From Hydrurus foetidus (Eukaryota): 64,000 bases of DNA. Shown here piece after piece: positions 38,243 through 48,934 of the stretch. Both the position numbers and the translations under genes were made by a program. Every line of letters starts with the position of its first letter. Positions within the stretch are counted from its first letter, which is position 1. The stretch covers positions 310,001 to 374,000 of the forward strand of contig UYFQ01000005.1 in NCBI GenBank assembly GCA_900617105.1, written 5' to 3'. Under the pieces are notes generated by a model. The model was not told where the DNA came from. It searched no databases and worked only from the letters and a program-made list of their open reading frames with translations.

Positions 38243-39403
38243 TCACGCGGGGTACAAAGCCCCCAAGATACGGGTGCCGCGGGCACCCGTCACGCTTATC
38301 AAATTGCCCGTTTCGCGCCGCACCATGCGACGCGCCAGCCATGCAAAGGCCGTGGCTTCAACTTCCAATGGCGGCAAACCCCAGTGCGCAGAAGAGGCCA
38401 CATGGTGCGCTGGCAAGTGCGCTTGCAAACGCGCCATCAGGTGGGTGTTGAGCGCTCCACCACCGCAAACGATCAGCGGGGCAGGTTTCGCCACAGCATC
38501 TGCATTGCTATTTTTTACATAGCTACCAACACAGACAGAGCATGCGATGGCGGTGAATTCCGTCAATGTAGCCTGCACATCAACGGGCTGAGCATCTGAA
38601 AAATTGGCGAGGTGACGGGCCAGCCACGGCGGGTTGAACAAATCTCGACCTGTGCTTTTAGGGGGCGCTTTGGTGAGGTAAGGCTCTGCCATCAAACAGG
38701 CCAAAAGCGCAGGCAACACCTTCCCGCTGGCAGCCCAAGCGCCACCGGCATCAAAAGGCTGGCCAGTGTGCTGGAGGCACCAGAAATCCATCAGCGCGTT
38801 GCCAGGGCCGCAATCAAAGCCCAACACGCTGCCATCAGCCTCGAGGACGCTCACATTGGCAATACCGCCAATGTTCAGCACCTGCACAGTGGTGCCGATC
38901 GCGCCTTTCGCATCTATTGCTTGAGCAAGGCCAAACACATCACGGTGGAATGCAGGCACCAGCGGTGCGCCCTGGCCACCCGCAGCCACGTCACGGGTTC
39001 GGAAATCGGCCACCACGTCGATGCCGCACAGCTCGGCCAGCAAGGCCGGGTTGTTCAGTTGCAGGGTGTAGCCGATGCCATCGAACTCCCCAGGGCGGTG
39101 GCGCACTGTTTGACCATGCGCACCGACGGCCTGCACGGCGCTTGCTGGGGTTTGGGTGGAGCGAAGTAAATCCGCGACGACCTGCGCATACACCTGGACC
39201 AGCGCATTACTCGCCAAGGCTGCGCGGTGCAACTCGTTTTCACCCGAGGTATTGAGCGCCAGCAGCTCTGTTTTTAAACTGACAGTGAAAGGGGCTGATG
39301 AATGCTGCACCACACGCAGTTTGGAGGCAGAAAAATCAACCAACACGCCATCCACACCGTCCAGAGAGGTGCCGGACATCAGGCCAATGTACAGCTCAGT
39401 CAC
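38243..39403 (-). CDS. anmK: Anhydro-N-acetylmuramic acid kinase
   Basis: YIGLMSGTSLDGVD, HGQTVRH, GGQGAPLVP, NIGGIAN, PPKSTGR. Confidence 0.96.
   Translation of the reverse strand: MTELYIGLMSGTSLDGVDGVLVDFSASKLRVVQHSSAPFTVSLKTELLALNTSGENELHRAALASNALVQVYAQVVADLLRSTQTPASAVQAVGAHGQTVRHRPGEFDGIGYTLQLNNPALLAELCGIDVVADFRTRDVAAGGQGAPLVPAFHRDVFGLAQAIDAKGAIGTTVQVLNIGGIANVSVLEADGSVLGFDCGPGNALMDFWCLQHTGQPFDAGGAWAASGKVLPALLACLMAEPYLTKAPPKSTGRDLFNPPWLARHLANFSDAQPVDVQATLTEFTAIACSVCVGSYVKNSNADAVAKPAPLIVCGGGALNTHLMARLQAHLPAHHVASSAHWGLPPLEVEATAFAWLARRMVRRETGNLISVTGARGTRILGALYPA
38507..38560 (+). repeat. Palindromic repeat copy inside anmK
   Basis: gctat-tttttac-atagc tacca acac N11 gcga. Confidence 0.55.
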
Positions 39404-39437
39404 AGCGGCAAAGCCCGCAGATAAAGGAATCGGTCGG

Positions 39438-40781
39438 TTACTGCGCGCTGGCCTGCTGCAGCGTAGCCGCAGCACTCAGCTCTTTGCGCATGGTGCTGGC
39501 AGCCAGCGCAAAAGCAGCTTTTGCAGCGGCCGTCACAGGAATGGAGTCACTCTGTCGCGCCAAGGTCAAGGGGTCTTGGTGAACGCCATTCACACGGAAT
39601 TCAAAGTGCAAATGAGGGCCCGTTGCCCAACCGGTGGAACCCACATTGCCAATGTTTTGACCTTGCGCGATGTGTTCGCCACGTCGCACGGCAATGCGGC
39701 TCAGGTGCGCGTACACGGTGCTGTGGTTGTTGCGGTGCTTGACGATAACGACGTTACCAAAACCACTTTGCACACCTGCAAAATCAACTTCACCATCAGC
39801 CACCGTCCGCACAGCGGTGCCGGTAGGTGCAGCGTAGTCCACGCCCAAGTGCGCTTTCCAAGTGTTGAAAATGGGGTGAACGCGCATGCTGAAGCCGCTG
39901 GTCACACGCGAGAACTCCAGCGGGGATGCCAAATAGGCGCGGCGCAGGCTTTCGCCGTTGGGGTTGTAGTACGCTCCTTTGGCCATGCCAGGCTCTTGGA
40001 ACCACATGGCTTGGTAGGTTTTGCCGTTGTTGATGAACTCAGCAGAAAGCACCCGGCCCGCCCGAAGTGGCTCGCCGTCGGCTTCCATCGTTTCGTAGAC
40101 CACCGAGAAGCGATCGCCCTTGCGCAGCGCACGGTGGAAATCAATGTCCCCGGCAAAAATTTCGGCCAACTGGGTTGAAACGGTATCAGGGATACGGGCA
40201 TCGTCCGTCGCGGCAAACAGCGTGGAGCGGATAGTGCCGCTGGCAATGCGGCTGGACGTGCTGAGCGCCGCCGATTCCACCCGTGTGCTGAAGCCGCGTG
40301 AGTTGCTTTCGATCACCAAACGCTTGAATTGACCGTCGTCTTCAGGGTTCCAGCGCACCGACAGCTTCAGCAGCTTGTGGGTGGCGGTGGCTTCCGCCGT
40401 CACGTTACGGCCGGGGCGACCCAGCAAGGTGTTGCGAGCGTCCGCATTGGTACGCAAGTAGGCCGCAGCTTTCGGGTCATTGATGCCCAAACGCTTGAAC
40501 AAACTCTCAAAAGAATCGCTGGAACGGGTGGTGTCAGTACGGTAGAGGCTGAGTGGTTGGCGATCTAAAACGTCTGCCTGCCATTGCAAGGGCAAAGGTT
40601 CAACCACTTCAAGCACATTGCGCACTTGCACGTCAGCCGTTTCAGTACCCAAAGAGGCAACCGCGTATGCACCACCACCACCGCCCAAAATGAGGGCAGA
40701 AAACAACGCAGTGAGTTTCTTAGGGTGGGATTGAAAGAAAGAGGAAAGCGCTTTTGTAGCGCGAATCAGACCAGTATTCAA
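39438..40781 (-). CDS. M23 family peptidoglycan endopeptidase (MepM-like)
   Basis: HLGVDYAAPTG, YAHL, GPHLHFE. Confidence 0.92.
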   Translation of the reverse strand: MNTGLIRATKALSSFFQSHPKKLTALFSALILGGGGGAYAVASLGTETADVQVRNVLEVVEPLPLQWQADVLDRQPLSLYRTDTTRSSDSFESLFKRLGINDPKAAAYLRTNADARNTLLGRPGRNVTAEATATHKLLKLSVRWNPEDDGQFKRLVIESNSRGFSTRVESAALSTSSRIASGTIRSTLFAATDDARIPDTVSTQLAEIFAGDIDFHRALRKGDRFSVVYETMEADGEPLRAGRVLSAEFINNGKTYQAMWFQEPGMAKGAYYNPNGESLRRAYLASPLEFSRVTSGFSMRVHPIFNTWKAHLGVDYAAPTGTAVRTVADGEVDFAGVQSGFGNVVIVKHRNNHSTVYAHLSRIAVRRGEHIAQGQNIGNVGSTGWATGPHLHFEFRVNGVHQDPLTLARQSDSIPVTAAAKAAFALAASTMRKELSAAATLQQASAQ

Positions 40782-41021
40782 AGGAACGCTTCTCCGGATT
40801 CAAATGAGGATTAGCGGCAGTTAATGTCATCTAATGACAATTAGCAGGAATAGCCGGAGCTTCAACCCACTTGACAGCCATAAAAGACCAGACCGGGGGA
40901 GCAAGGGGCTTGCCGCTTTGGGGTGCCGCGCGAGGGGCGAACCTGACAGACCTAAAATCTGCGGATCGCGGGAGGCCAAAGTATAGCGGCACCGCCCTCC
41001 AGATTGTGAGAAATTACCCAA

Positions 41022-42278
41022 ATGACTGTCAACGCCCCTCTCCTTAACCCTGTTGCTAACCCCGTTCAGCACCCCATCACAGACCGTGTTAAAGAAGCCC
41101 TCGCCGTCTCCCTGCGCGGCTGTGACGAGCTGATTCCTGAAAACGAGTGGGTTAAAAAATTGGCCCGATCCGAAGCCACTGGCGTGCCACTGCGCATCAA
41201 ACTGGGCCTAGACCCCACCGCACCAGACATCCACATCGGCCACACTGTGGTACTGAACAAGATGCGCCAGTTGCAAGACTTGGGGCACACCGTCATCTTT
41301 TTGATCGGCGATTTCACCAGCACGATTGGCGACCCGTCTGGGCGCAACAACACACGCCCACCGCTGACCCGCGAACAAATCGAGACGAACGCCCAAACCT
41401 ATTACAAACAAGCTTCTCTGGTGCTCGACCCCAGCAAGACCGAAATCCGCTACAACAGCGAATGGAGCGACCCGCTGGGCGCACGCGGCATGATCCAACT
41501 GGCCGCCAAGTACACGGTGGCCCGGATGATGGAGCGCAATGATTTCCACGACCGCTTCAAATCAGGGGCCTCCATCAGCGTGCACGAGTTTTTGTACCCT
41601 CTGATGCAAGGCTACGACAGCGTGGCCCTGAAAAGCGATTTGGAACTGGGCGGCACCGACCAAAAATTCAACCTGTTGGTGGGTCGTCACTTGCAGCAAG
41701 AGTACAGCCAAGAGCCGCAGTGCATCTTGACCATGCCGCTGCTCGAAGGTCTGGACGGCGTGGACAAAATGTCCAAAAGCAAAAACAACTACATCGGCAT
41801 CTCTGAGCCAGCGAACACCATGTTCGCCAAGGTGCTTTCGATCAATGACGAACTGATGTGGCGCTGGTTCACGCTGCTGTCTTTCCAAAGCGAAGCCCAA
41901 ATCGCCACGCTGCGGGCTGAAACCTTGGCCGGGCGCAACCCCAAAGACGCCAAAGTGATGCTGGCCAAAGAAATCACCACCCGCTTCCACAGCCTAGGCG
42001 CCGCCGATGCCGCAGAGCAAGACTTCATCAACCGCTCACAAGGCGGCGTGCCCGATGTGATTGATGACGTGACGCTGAGCGGCGCACCGCTGGGTGTGGG
42101 GCAACTGCTCAAACAAGCCGGTTTGGCCGCGTCCACCGGCGAAGCCAACCGCTTGATCGACGGCAGAGGCGTGCGCTTGGACTCCAGCGTGGTGGAAGAC
42201 AAAGCACTCAAACTGCCCGCAGGCACCTACGTGGTGCAGGTAGGCAAGCGCAAGTTTGCCCGGGTAACGCTGACGTGA
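41022..42278 (+). CDS. tyrS: Tyrosine--tRNA ligase
   Basis: HIGH, KMSKS, YPLMQGYD, C-terminal S4 domain. Confidence 0.98.
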   Translation: MTVNAPLLNPVANPVQHPITDRVKEALAVSLRGCDELIPENEWVKKLARSEATGVPLRIKLGLDPTAPDIHIGHTVVLNKMRQLQDLGHTVIFLIGDFTSTIGDPSGRNNTRPPLTREQIETNAQTYYKQASLVLDPSKTEIRYNSEWSDPLGARGMIQLAAKYTVARMMERNDFHDRFKSGASISVHEFLYPLMQGYDSVALKSDLELGGTDQKFNLLVGRHLQQEYSQEPQCILTMPLLEGLDGVDKMSKSKNNYIGISEPANTMFAKVLSINDELMWRWFTLLSFQSEAQIATLRAETLAGRNPKDAKVMLAKEITTRFHSLGAADAAEQDFINRSQGGVPDVIDDVTLSGAPLGVGQLLKQAGLAASTGEANRLIDGRGVRLDSSVVEDKALKLPAGTYVVQVGKRKFARVTLT

Positions 42279-42338
42279 CGTTGACGTGACGTTAACGGAT
42301 TGATTGAGCCACTGCGGCTTACATTGAACCTGCCCTAA

Positions 42339-43133
42339 CTACGCCACGCCCAAGCGCGTGGCAGCGATTTGCAGCAAGCCGTCAAAAATCAGACTTTCCA
42401 CCAATTCAAACGTCACCGACATGTTGGGGGCCATCTTCCATCCCGCACCGCCGGTCATGAAACACACTGGCTCGGTGCCACAGTGCCGCCGCACATGCTG
42501 GATCATGCGTTCCACAGCACCCGCAATGGCGTAGGTGCCGCCGCTGGTGAGCGCATCGCTGGTGTTGGTGGGGAATTCGCTCACCTCACCGGTCGGCACA
42601 TGCAAGCCCGCCGTGCCGCCCACCAAGGCTTGCAGCATGATGCCGTGGCCGGGCAAGATCAGGCCGCCCAAAAATTTGCCCTGCGCATCCACCGCATCCA
42701 CAGTCACCGCCGTGCCTACCATCACCACCACCATCGGGCTGGGCACAGGCTGGCCATGGCTGTCACGCGGGGCGCTCGCGAGCATGCGATGGCGGGCACC
42801 AATCATGGCGATCCATCGGTCTGAACCCAGGCGCGTGGGGTGGTCGTAGCCGTTCACCACACCCGCCTCGGCGGTGCTGGACATGGCCCAACGTGGCCCA
42901 ACGTCCCAAATCTCCATTTGCTCTTGGACACGGCGCTTCACCGCGTCGCCCGCAACAAAGCAACCCAGCATGTAGCTGGGTTCAGGCAACGTCGCCCATT
43001 CGCCTTCAGCGAGCTTGTCAATATTTTCTAAAAACACAGCACCGTGCGACAGCTGCTGTGCGTTGGGGTGGGGTCGGTCGTACAACGCCCATTTCAGGCG
43101 GGTGTTGCCAACATCGATGGCCAAAAAAGTCAT
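42339..43133 (-). CDS. coaX: Type III pantothenate kinase
   Basis: [34 protein letters not shown]. Confidence 0.93.
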   Translation of the reverse strand: MTFLAIDVGNTRLKWALYDRPHPNAQQLSHGAVFLENIDKLAEGEWATLPEPSYMLGCFVAGDAVKRRVQEQMEIWDVGPRWAMSSTAEAGVVNGYDHPTRLGSDRWIAMIGARHRMLASAPRDSHGQPVPSPMVVVMVGTAVTVDAVDAQGKFLGGLILPGHGIMLQALVGGTAGLHVPTGEVSEFPTNTSDALTSGGTYAIAGAVERMIQHVRRHCGTEPVCFMTGGAGWKMAPNMSVTFELVESLIFDGLLQIAATRLGVA

Positions 43134-43200
43134 GGGTGTCCCCTCGCTATTGTGTCTGCGCCGCCATTGTGCCCGTGCGCAGGGGTGGGAAATTACGTGT

Positions 43201-43992
43201 TTACCGAGGGGGACAAGGCTGGTAAACGTACAAACGGGTGCGGCGGTTGTCGTCAACCTGCACCGTTTGAAGCGGCGAGACATCCGGCACTTCAAAGCTG
43301 TTGCTGACCAGCAAGCCGCCCGGCTTGGCCTGCTCCGTCGATTTGTCCCACAAACGTGACATCGGTATGGGGGATAAAAAGGCGTAAACCACGTCATAGC
43401 TGCCTAAGTCACCCAAGCTGTGCGTCCAAAAACTGCCGCAGCCTATGTGCAAGTTCGCTAATCCCGAACTCCAAACTCTAGCCCAAACCCAGGTCAGCGG
43501 TGCATGCTCCAAGCCGACAAACTGGCTGTCAGGCCTCGCTTTCGCCAATTGCCGCAGCAAGCGCCCATCGCCACAGCCCAAGTCAATCACGCGACACGGC
43601 GCAGCAGGCAACAAAGCCACCAGTGCTTGGGCTGTGGTGGCGTTGCTCATGTACAAAGGCACGCGGCTCGCGTCTGTGCGCCAAAACACCAACAACAGCA
43701 GCACGAACCCCAGCAGCCAAGCCCAGGGCGGCAAACCCAAGCCCAAAGCCAACACAGCCAGTGGTGCAAACAAAAATGAAATCAGCCACCACCAGCGCGG
43801 CAAACGCAACAGAGCCGCGACCAGCCCCGCGCAAAAACCATGCACACAAGCCCACAGCAGCAGTGGAATGGGCGCACCGGGAACCAGCCACACAGTGGCT
43901 GCGCCCACCACCGAGCCAGCCAAAACTTGGGCCAACGCGGCGTAACGCAGAGGGGTCGTAATATTCACAGCTCTCTCAATTAACAAACTCAA
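43201..43992 (-). CDS. Membrane-anchored class I SAM methyltransferase
   Basis: N-terminal hydrophobic helices; [20 protein letters not shown]. Confidence 0.8.
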   Translation of the reverse strand: MSLLIERAVNITTPLRYAALAQVLAGSVVGAATVWLVPGAPIPLLLWACVHGFCAGLVAALLRLPRWWWLISFLFAPLAVLALGLGLPPWAWLLGFVLLLLVFWRTDASRVPLYMSNATTAQALVALLPAAPCRVIDLGCGDGRLLRQLAKARPDSQFVGLEHAPLTWVWARVWSSGLANLHIGCGSFWTHSLGDLGSYDVVYAFLSPIPMSRLWDKSTEQAKPGGLLVSNSFEVPDVSPLQTVQVDDNRRTRLYVYQPCPPR

Positions 43993-44146
43993 CTTAACTT
44001 ATCAAGCATAACCAGCGAAAAGCCGTCAAAATTACATTTAAGTACAAACATCTACAGCCCGTATTTGACAAACCCCGAATGTCCACTTTGACAAATACCA
44101 CTATCATCAATTTCAAAGTGAAGTAGTTCAAATTTAAAATTCAACA

Positions 44147-47100
44147 ATGGAACAAGTACCCGTCATCAAACCAAGCACGGTGTCCACACTTGCGCGCTAT
44201 AACGCTCAAGCGATTATCGGGAAGCTCTTGGCTTGGTTGGGGATATGGGTTATTCCTTGCTTAGTGGTTGTAGCCTTTGTGGCACTGCTTTGGCAAGATG
44301 CTGCCAGCAGCCACGCACCTGAAGGCGTACCACTTCCTCTTGCTGTATGGGAGAACGATGGACTACAAGCAATCACCCAACCCCATGAAGCGCTTGTCCC
44401 GCTAGCCCAATTACCAACAACCACTTACGCCGACACCCATCTGTCCACCCGTGAGCATTGGTTTTCTGTAGCAGCCACAACACCTCAAGCAGGGCATCCT
44501 TGGGCCATTGCCTTTCCTTCTCGCCATGCTATTCGCATTGAATGTTGGGACAAAGCAACCAACCAATCTCTGGGCAGTGCCAATCGTGCAAATGCAACAG
44601 GGCAAATCATGCAAAGCAGAGGTGGTTTTGCACTGTGGCTTTCGGATACCCAAACGCAAATTGCACTGGTGTGCAGCGGCGATTTTGAAGGGCCGGCACG
44701 CCTGTCAGCCAGCGCCTGGGGCCTCGATGATCTAGCCACCTCCGAATACACACACAGACGCACGGGCGCATTGATTGAGGGTGGAGTCGGCATATTGGCG
44801 ATCTTTATGCTGCTGACAGCGCTGGTCAACCGCAGCAAGTTGTACTGGGTGTTCTTTGGCTGGTTGGTACTGGGTATGCGCATGGCTGCGATTTCTGCCG
44901 GCACTGATTTTGAAGTGCTGGGAAACCATATCCATCCCGAATGGCTGGTACCACTGCGCCAGTGGACAGTCAGCTTCTACTACGCTATGACGATTTTGCT
45001 GTTCGGTTTTCTATTCAAAGACGACCTGACGGACATCAAAGCCGGGTGGCCTTTAACACTACAACAACTCAGTGCCTTACTGGTTATTCCTCTATGTGCA
45101 CTAACCTCGTTCAGCGCCACATTGCAAACCGTCTGGATGGGCACCGCGTTAGGTGTCTTGGTGATGGTTTATTACCTTTTCTGCATTCTTCGGCACAGAC
45201 GCTCTAGGGTGGCGGTGTGGTACTCGGCATCAATCGTGGTCACGCTGGCGGCCAGCATGAACGAAGTCATTGCGGCATCCACGGGCGCACGCAATCTGCT
45301 AGGTGGCTTGAACAGCGTCACTGCAGCCATCGCATCCACCCTGCTGGCATCTTTAGCTGTAGCGGAGCATATGCGCAGTGAAAAACTGATCAAACTCGCT
45401 GTACAAAAAAACTTGAAAGCAGCATATGAAGACTCGCCTATTGGCTTGTTTACATTGCGAGGAGATGGTCTCATCGTTAAATACAACCCTGTATTTCAGG
45501 CCATGCTAAATGGATGCAGCTTGAGTGGTATGCCCTCGATATCATCTATTTTTGAAGACAATGTTCAAAGCGAAATTGATGCCATGCGGGAATCGAATGA
45601 CCGCAGCACCATCGAACTGCAAACCCGCACCCATGCCGAAAACACCACCGAAGACACTGACCGGTGGTTCTCGATCAAAGCATCTACCACCGACGGCGAC
45701 TTTGTAGAAGGCTCGCTGCAAGACATTACCGACAAAGTACGCGCCATGAACCGTCTGGAGTTTCTGGCCAACCATGACCCCTTGACCGACTGCCTCAATC
45801 TGCGTGGCATAGCATTGATGGTAGAAGAAACGGCCCAGCAGCCCATCGCATTGGCTTATTTCGACCTAGACCGCTTCAAGGTGATTAACGACCTTTACGG
45901 CCACACCGCTGGTGACGAGGTGCTGCGCCAAGTGTGTGAGCGCATGAAAAGTCAACTCGGCTCTGATGATTTACTGGCGCGCGTGGGTGGTGATGAATTT
46001 GTCATCGCTTTCCCCAGTGCCAGCATGACTGAAGCCACGCTGCGCTGCCAAAATATCGTCGCACTGATCTCCAGCAGCCCCTACGTGATCGACACGCAAA
46101 GCTTCGTTCTCAACATATCCGGCGGCTTGGTAGAAACGGCCAGCTTTGGCACCCCATCCATCAAGGAGCTGGTTTCCACGGCAGATACGGTGTGCCGCAT
46201 GGCCAAAAAACACCCCACCGAGCGCCTGCGGGTGGTAGAACGTGGTGCCACATTCTTTAAAAACCACAAAGAAGAGCTGGAAATCATCAGCAGCCTGGAA
46301 AGTGGAGAGGCACCCAAAGGCTTGTATTTGGTGATGCAACCGGAAATGTCCCTCTCTGCCCCCTTTGACTCCCTGAATTTTGAGGTACTGCTGCGCTTGC
46401 GCAAAGCCAACGGCGACGAAGTGCCTGCGGTGGTCATCATCGAAGCCGCGGAAGCGCATGGTAAAAGTGCCATCATTGACCGCTGGGTGGTCACCACCAT
46501 CATTGAATGGCTTGAAACCCATGCCCACAATCTGCCCAACACCCAGTTTGTCGGCGTGAACTTGTCGGGCGGCTCACTGAACAATGAAACCTTTGTCGAA
46601 GAACTGTTCACCCTGTTTGAGCAACACAAAGCCGCCCTGTCGCTGATTTGCCTGGAAATCACCGAAACCGTGGCACTGACAGACATCAACAACATGCAAC
46701 GCTTTATTGAGCGGGCAAGGGCCATCGGTGCCAAAGTGGGTATTGATGACTTCGGTGCGGGCTACTCGTCGTTCGGCTACTTGAAAAACCTGTCCGTGGA
46801 TGCGCTCAAACTGGATGGATCTTTGGTCAAGGGCTGCCCCAACAACCCGGCAAGCACGGCCATCATCAACGCATTGGGCGGTTTGGTGAAAAACCTGGGC
46901 CTAAAATCCATTGGCGAATTTGCAGAAGACCTGCCCACTATACAAGTGCTGGCGCAAGCAGGTATTGACTATGCACAGGGCTATGGCATCAGCAAGCCCG
47001 TGATGCCCGAGCGTATTTTGGCGGCGCGGTCTTGCGTCGATTTGATAGAAGACCCTGCCGTGGTGGCCTTTGCCCGACAGCTACAGGCCCAATCCGCGCT

Positions 47101-47170
47101 CAATCCATCGCTCTTTTTTGAGAACTTCACCTACGTTGAAAACAGAGACAACCGGGGCTCTCTGCACTGA
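44147..47170 (+). CDS. Periplasmic sensor/7TM - PAS - GGDEF - EAL c-di-GMP enzyme
   Basis: Periplasmic domain then ~7 TMs; HDPLTDCLN, DLDRFKVINDLYGH, GGDEF; EVL, EITE, DDFGAGYSS, QGY. Confidence 0.9.
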   Translation: MEQVPVIKPSTVSTLARYNAQAIIGKLLAWLGIWVIPCLVVVAFVALLWQDAASSHAPEGVPLPLAVWENDGLQAITQPHEALVPLAQLPTTTYADTHLSTREHWFSVAATTPQAGHPWAIAFPSRHAIRIECWDKATNQSLGSANRANATGQIMQSRGGFALWLSDTQTQIALVCSGDFEGPARLSASAWGLDDLATSEYTHRRTGALIEGGVGILAIFMLLTALVNRSKLYWVFFGWLVLGMRMAAISAGTDFEVLGNHIHPEWLVPLRQWTVSFYYAMTILLFGFLFKDDLTDIKAGWPLTLQQLSALLVIPLCALTSFSATLQTVWMGTALGVLVMVYYLFCILRHRRSRVAVWYSASIVVTLAASMNEVIAASTGARNLLGGLNSVTAAIASTLLASLAVAEHMRSEKLIKLAVQKNLKAAYEDSPIGLFTLRGDGLIVKYNPVFQAMLNGCSLSGMPSISSIFEDNVQSEIDAMRESNDRSTIELQTRTHAENTTEDTDRWFSIKASTTDGDFVEGSLQDITDKVRAMNRLEFLANHDPLTDCLNLRGIALMVEETAQQPIALAYFDLDRFKVINDLYGHTAGDEVLRQVCERMKSQLGSDDLLARVGGDEFVIAFPSASMTEATLRCQNIVALISSSPYVIDTQSFVLNISGGLVETASFGTPSIKELVSTADTVCRMAKKHPTERLRVVERGATFFKNHKEELEIISSLESGEAPKGLYLVMQPEMSLSAPFDSLNFEVLLRLRKANGDEVPAVVIIEAAEAHGKSAIIDRWVVTTIIEWLETHAHNLPNTQFVGVNLSGGSLNNETFVEELFTLFEQHKAALSLICLEITETVALTDINNMQRFIERARAIGAKVGIDDFGAGYSSFGYLKNLSVDALKLDGSLVKGCPNNPASTAIINALGGLVKNLGLKSIGEFAEDLPTIQVLAQAGIDYAQGYGISKPVMPERILAARSCVDLIEDPAVVAFARQLQAQSALNPSLFFENFTYVENRDNRGSLH

Positions 47171-47172
47171 TT

Positions 47173-47955
47173 TCAAGCCGTCAAGCCCATGCCAAGCGAC
47201 GGCCAAGGACTGGAAAACAGCGGGGTACTGACTTTGACGGGGGCTTTAGGTGCAGATGGGAATGCAACAGGGCAGCTCCATGAATGACTCAAGTTACGGG
47301 CACCTGACAGATCAATGTCTGGATGCGTGGTTCCAAAAACAAATTGATAAAGCGGATGCGCATGCTCAGCCCACAGCGCCTTGGCACGGGAGGGCGAGAA
47401 GGCCATCACCCGGTGCGGCACCCCACCTGCGTGTGACATCGGGTAGTACGCGCCGGGTTCATTCACATCCTTGAACAGCAGCGCATCGTAAATACGGTCT
47501 ACTGGGCGACGCCCCGCAGCCAGCATCCAATCCACATTTTGCTGCAAACAGTACTGGTGCAACGCCTTGAACAGCGCACTGCGCACCACCGAAGAACTCA
47601 CCCCACCGGCAATGCTCAAACGCGTGGTTTCCACCATGCGGGTGCCGTTAAAGCGCTCTGACAGTTGCATGGACGCTTGCAAAGGCAATGGTTTATGGAC
47701 ATTGGCATGGGTACGCAGTGTGCCTAGCGCTGTACCGTCCAGCTTGGAAATCGCCACAAACACCTCACAGCCATGTTCAAAATCCGAAGCCTCGGGATGC
47801 CCCAGTTTGGCGGCAAATTCAGGCATGTGTCGACCGTATGCAGCAGCGCGCAACGCCGTCACTTTGCTCAAATTTTGCGGGGTTGCAATTTCAATCCGAA
47901 AGGGCAGTCGTTCGTTGGTACGACCTATGTCCATGTCCTGGTGCGGTTTGTCCAT
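47173..47955 (-). CDS. FeeM-like GNAT N-acyl amino acid synthase
   Basis: LRAAAY, GTLR, PLPL, ETTRL, LFKAL pattern of the FeeM/LuxI-like GNAT fold. Confidence 0.6.
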   Translation of the reverse strand: MDKPHQDMDIGRTNERLPFRIEIATPQNLSKVTALRAAAYGRHMPEFAAKLGHPEASDFEHGCEVFVAISKLDGTALGTLRTHANVHKPLPLQASMQLSERFNGTRMVETTRLSIAGGVSSSVVRSALFKALHQYCLQQNVDWMLAAGRRPVDRIYDALLFKDVNEPGAYYPMSHAGGVPHRVMAFSPSRAKALWAEHAHPLYQFVFGTTHPDIDLSGARNLSHSWSCPVAFPSAPKAPVKVSTPLFSSPWPSLGMGLTA

Positions 47956-48242
47956 TTTGATGTCCAGTGTTTGTCGAGAACAAAGAATATGGCATCACCG
48001 ACAATTGTCATACATCAAAAAGACCGGTTTAACGGGCGCACATCACAGTTTTAGATTAATTTAATTGTGAACAAGTTATCATTTTTAAAACTGAGTAACG
48101 TCAAGCCTCAAGTCCAACAAAGAGAGGAAGCACTGTTACTAAAAAGCGACAATGCGTACTGACGGCTAGCGAGGCCGTCACTAAAATCACCCGACAAGCC
48201 AAGGCCTGATTTCTCTCACAACCTCACCTGCAAAGACCTCCC

Positions 48243-48818
48243 ATGAACAAATACATCATCTCTGCCATTGTTGCCGCATCCGCTCTGTTGACTGGTGTCA
48301 ATGCGTCGGCACAAAACCTGCAAATGTCGTCCTACCTGGGTGCGTCGGGTGGTGTTGCCAACTGGAACGTAGACTGCACGGGCACCACATCCTGCAAAAA
48401 GAACCCCGGTTCGCTGCGTGTGTTTGCAGGCGTTAACGTGATGCCTAACGTGGCGGTGGAGTTGACCTATGCTGCACTGGGCACGGCCAAAGCCAGCGCT
48501 ACTGGCAGAAGTGCCGAGGTGAAGGGCAGCAGTTTTGATTTGTCCGGTGTCTATAAATTTGGCGCTCCCACCAGCCCCTTCGGAGCCTTTGTCAAAGGCG
48601 GCTTGGCTTACACCAACGCTAAAACCAGCGCCACCATCGGCACAGCTTCAGGCTCTGATACTAAGAAAGCCTGGGGACTGATTGTGGGTGCTGGCGTGAC
48701 TTACGCTGTCACCGAAAGCTTTGCTGTCCGCGCTGAAATTGATACGCAAAAACTGAAAACGTCCACCGACTCTGGCAATGTGACCAGCTTCACCGTGGGC
48801 GGTCAAGCGACGTTCTAA
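48243..48818 (+). CDS. OmpA-like 8-stranded outer-membrane beta-barrel protein
   Basis: Signal peptide, amphipathic strands, C-x5-C loop, terminal Phe. Confidence 0.85.
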   Translation: MNKYIISAIVAASALLTGVNASAQNLQMSSYLGASGGVANWNVDCTGTTSCKKNPGSLRVFAGVNVMPNVAVELTYAALGTAKASATGRSAEVKGSSFDLSGVYKFGAPTSPFGAFVKGGLAYTNAKTSATIGTASGSDTKKAWGLIVGAGVTYAVTESFAVRAEIDTQKLKTSTDSGNVTSFTVGGQATF

Positions 48819-48846
48819 ACCACGTCTGCTGCACACGCTACACGTT

Positions 48847-48883
48847 AAAAAGCCCGCTGGTCTTGCGACCAGCGGGCTTTTTT
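48847..48883. terminator. Bidirectional intrinsic terminator
   Basis: AAAAAGCCCGCTGGTC-ttgc-GACCAGCGGGCTTTTTT between convergent genes. Confidence 0.9.
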
Positions 48884-48934
48884 CATGAAGCTTGAAACCG
48901 CCAGCTTGGCAAACGGTGTTCTGCGTCTACAAGC

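Noticed and set aside
48160..48180. Hairpin upstream of the OMP gene considered as a c-di-GMP riboswitch
   Set aside because: Lacks the GEMM GGCAAA..GGACGCAAA core; likely a simple 5' stem-loop
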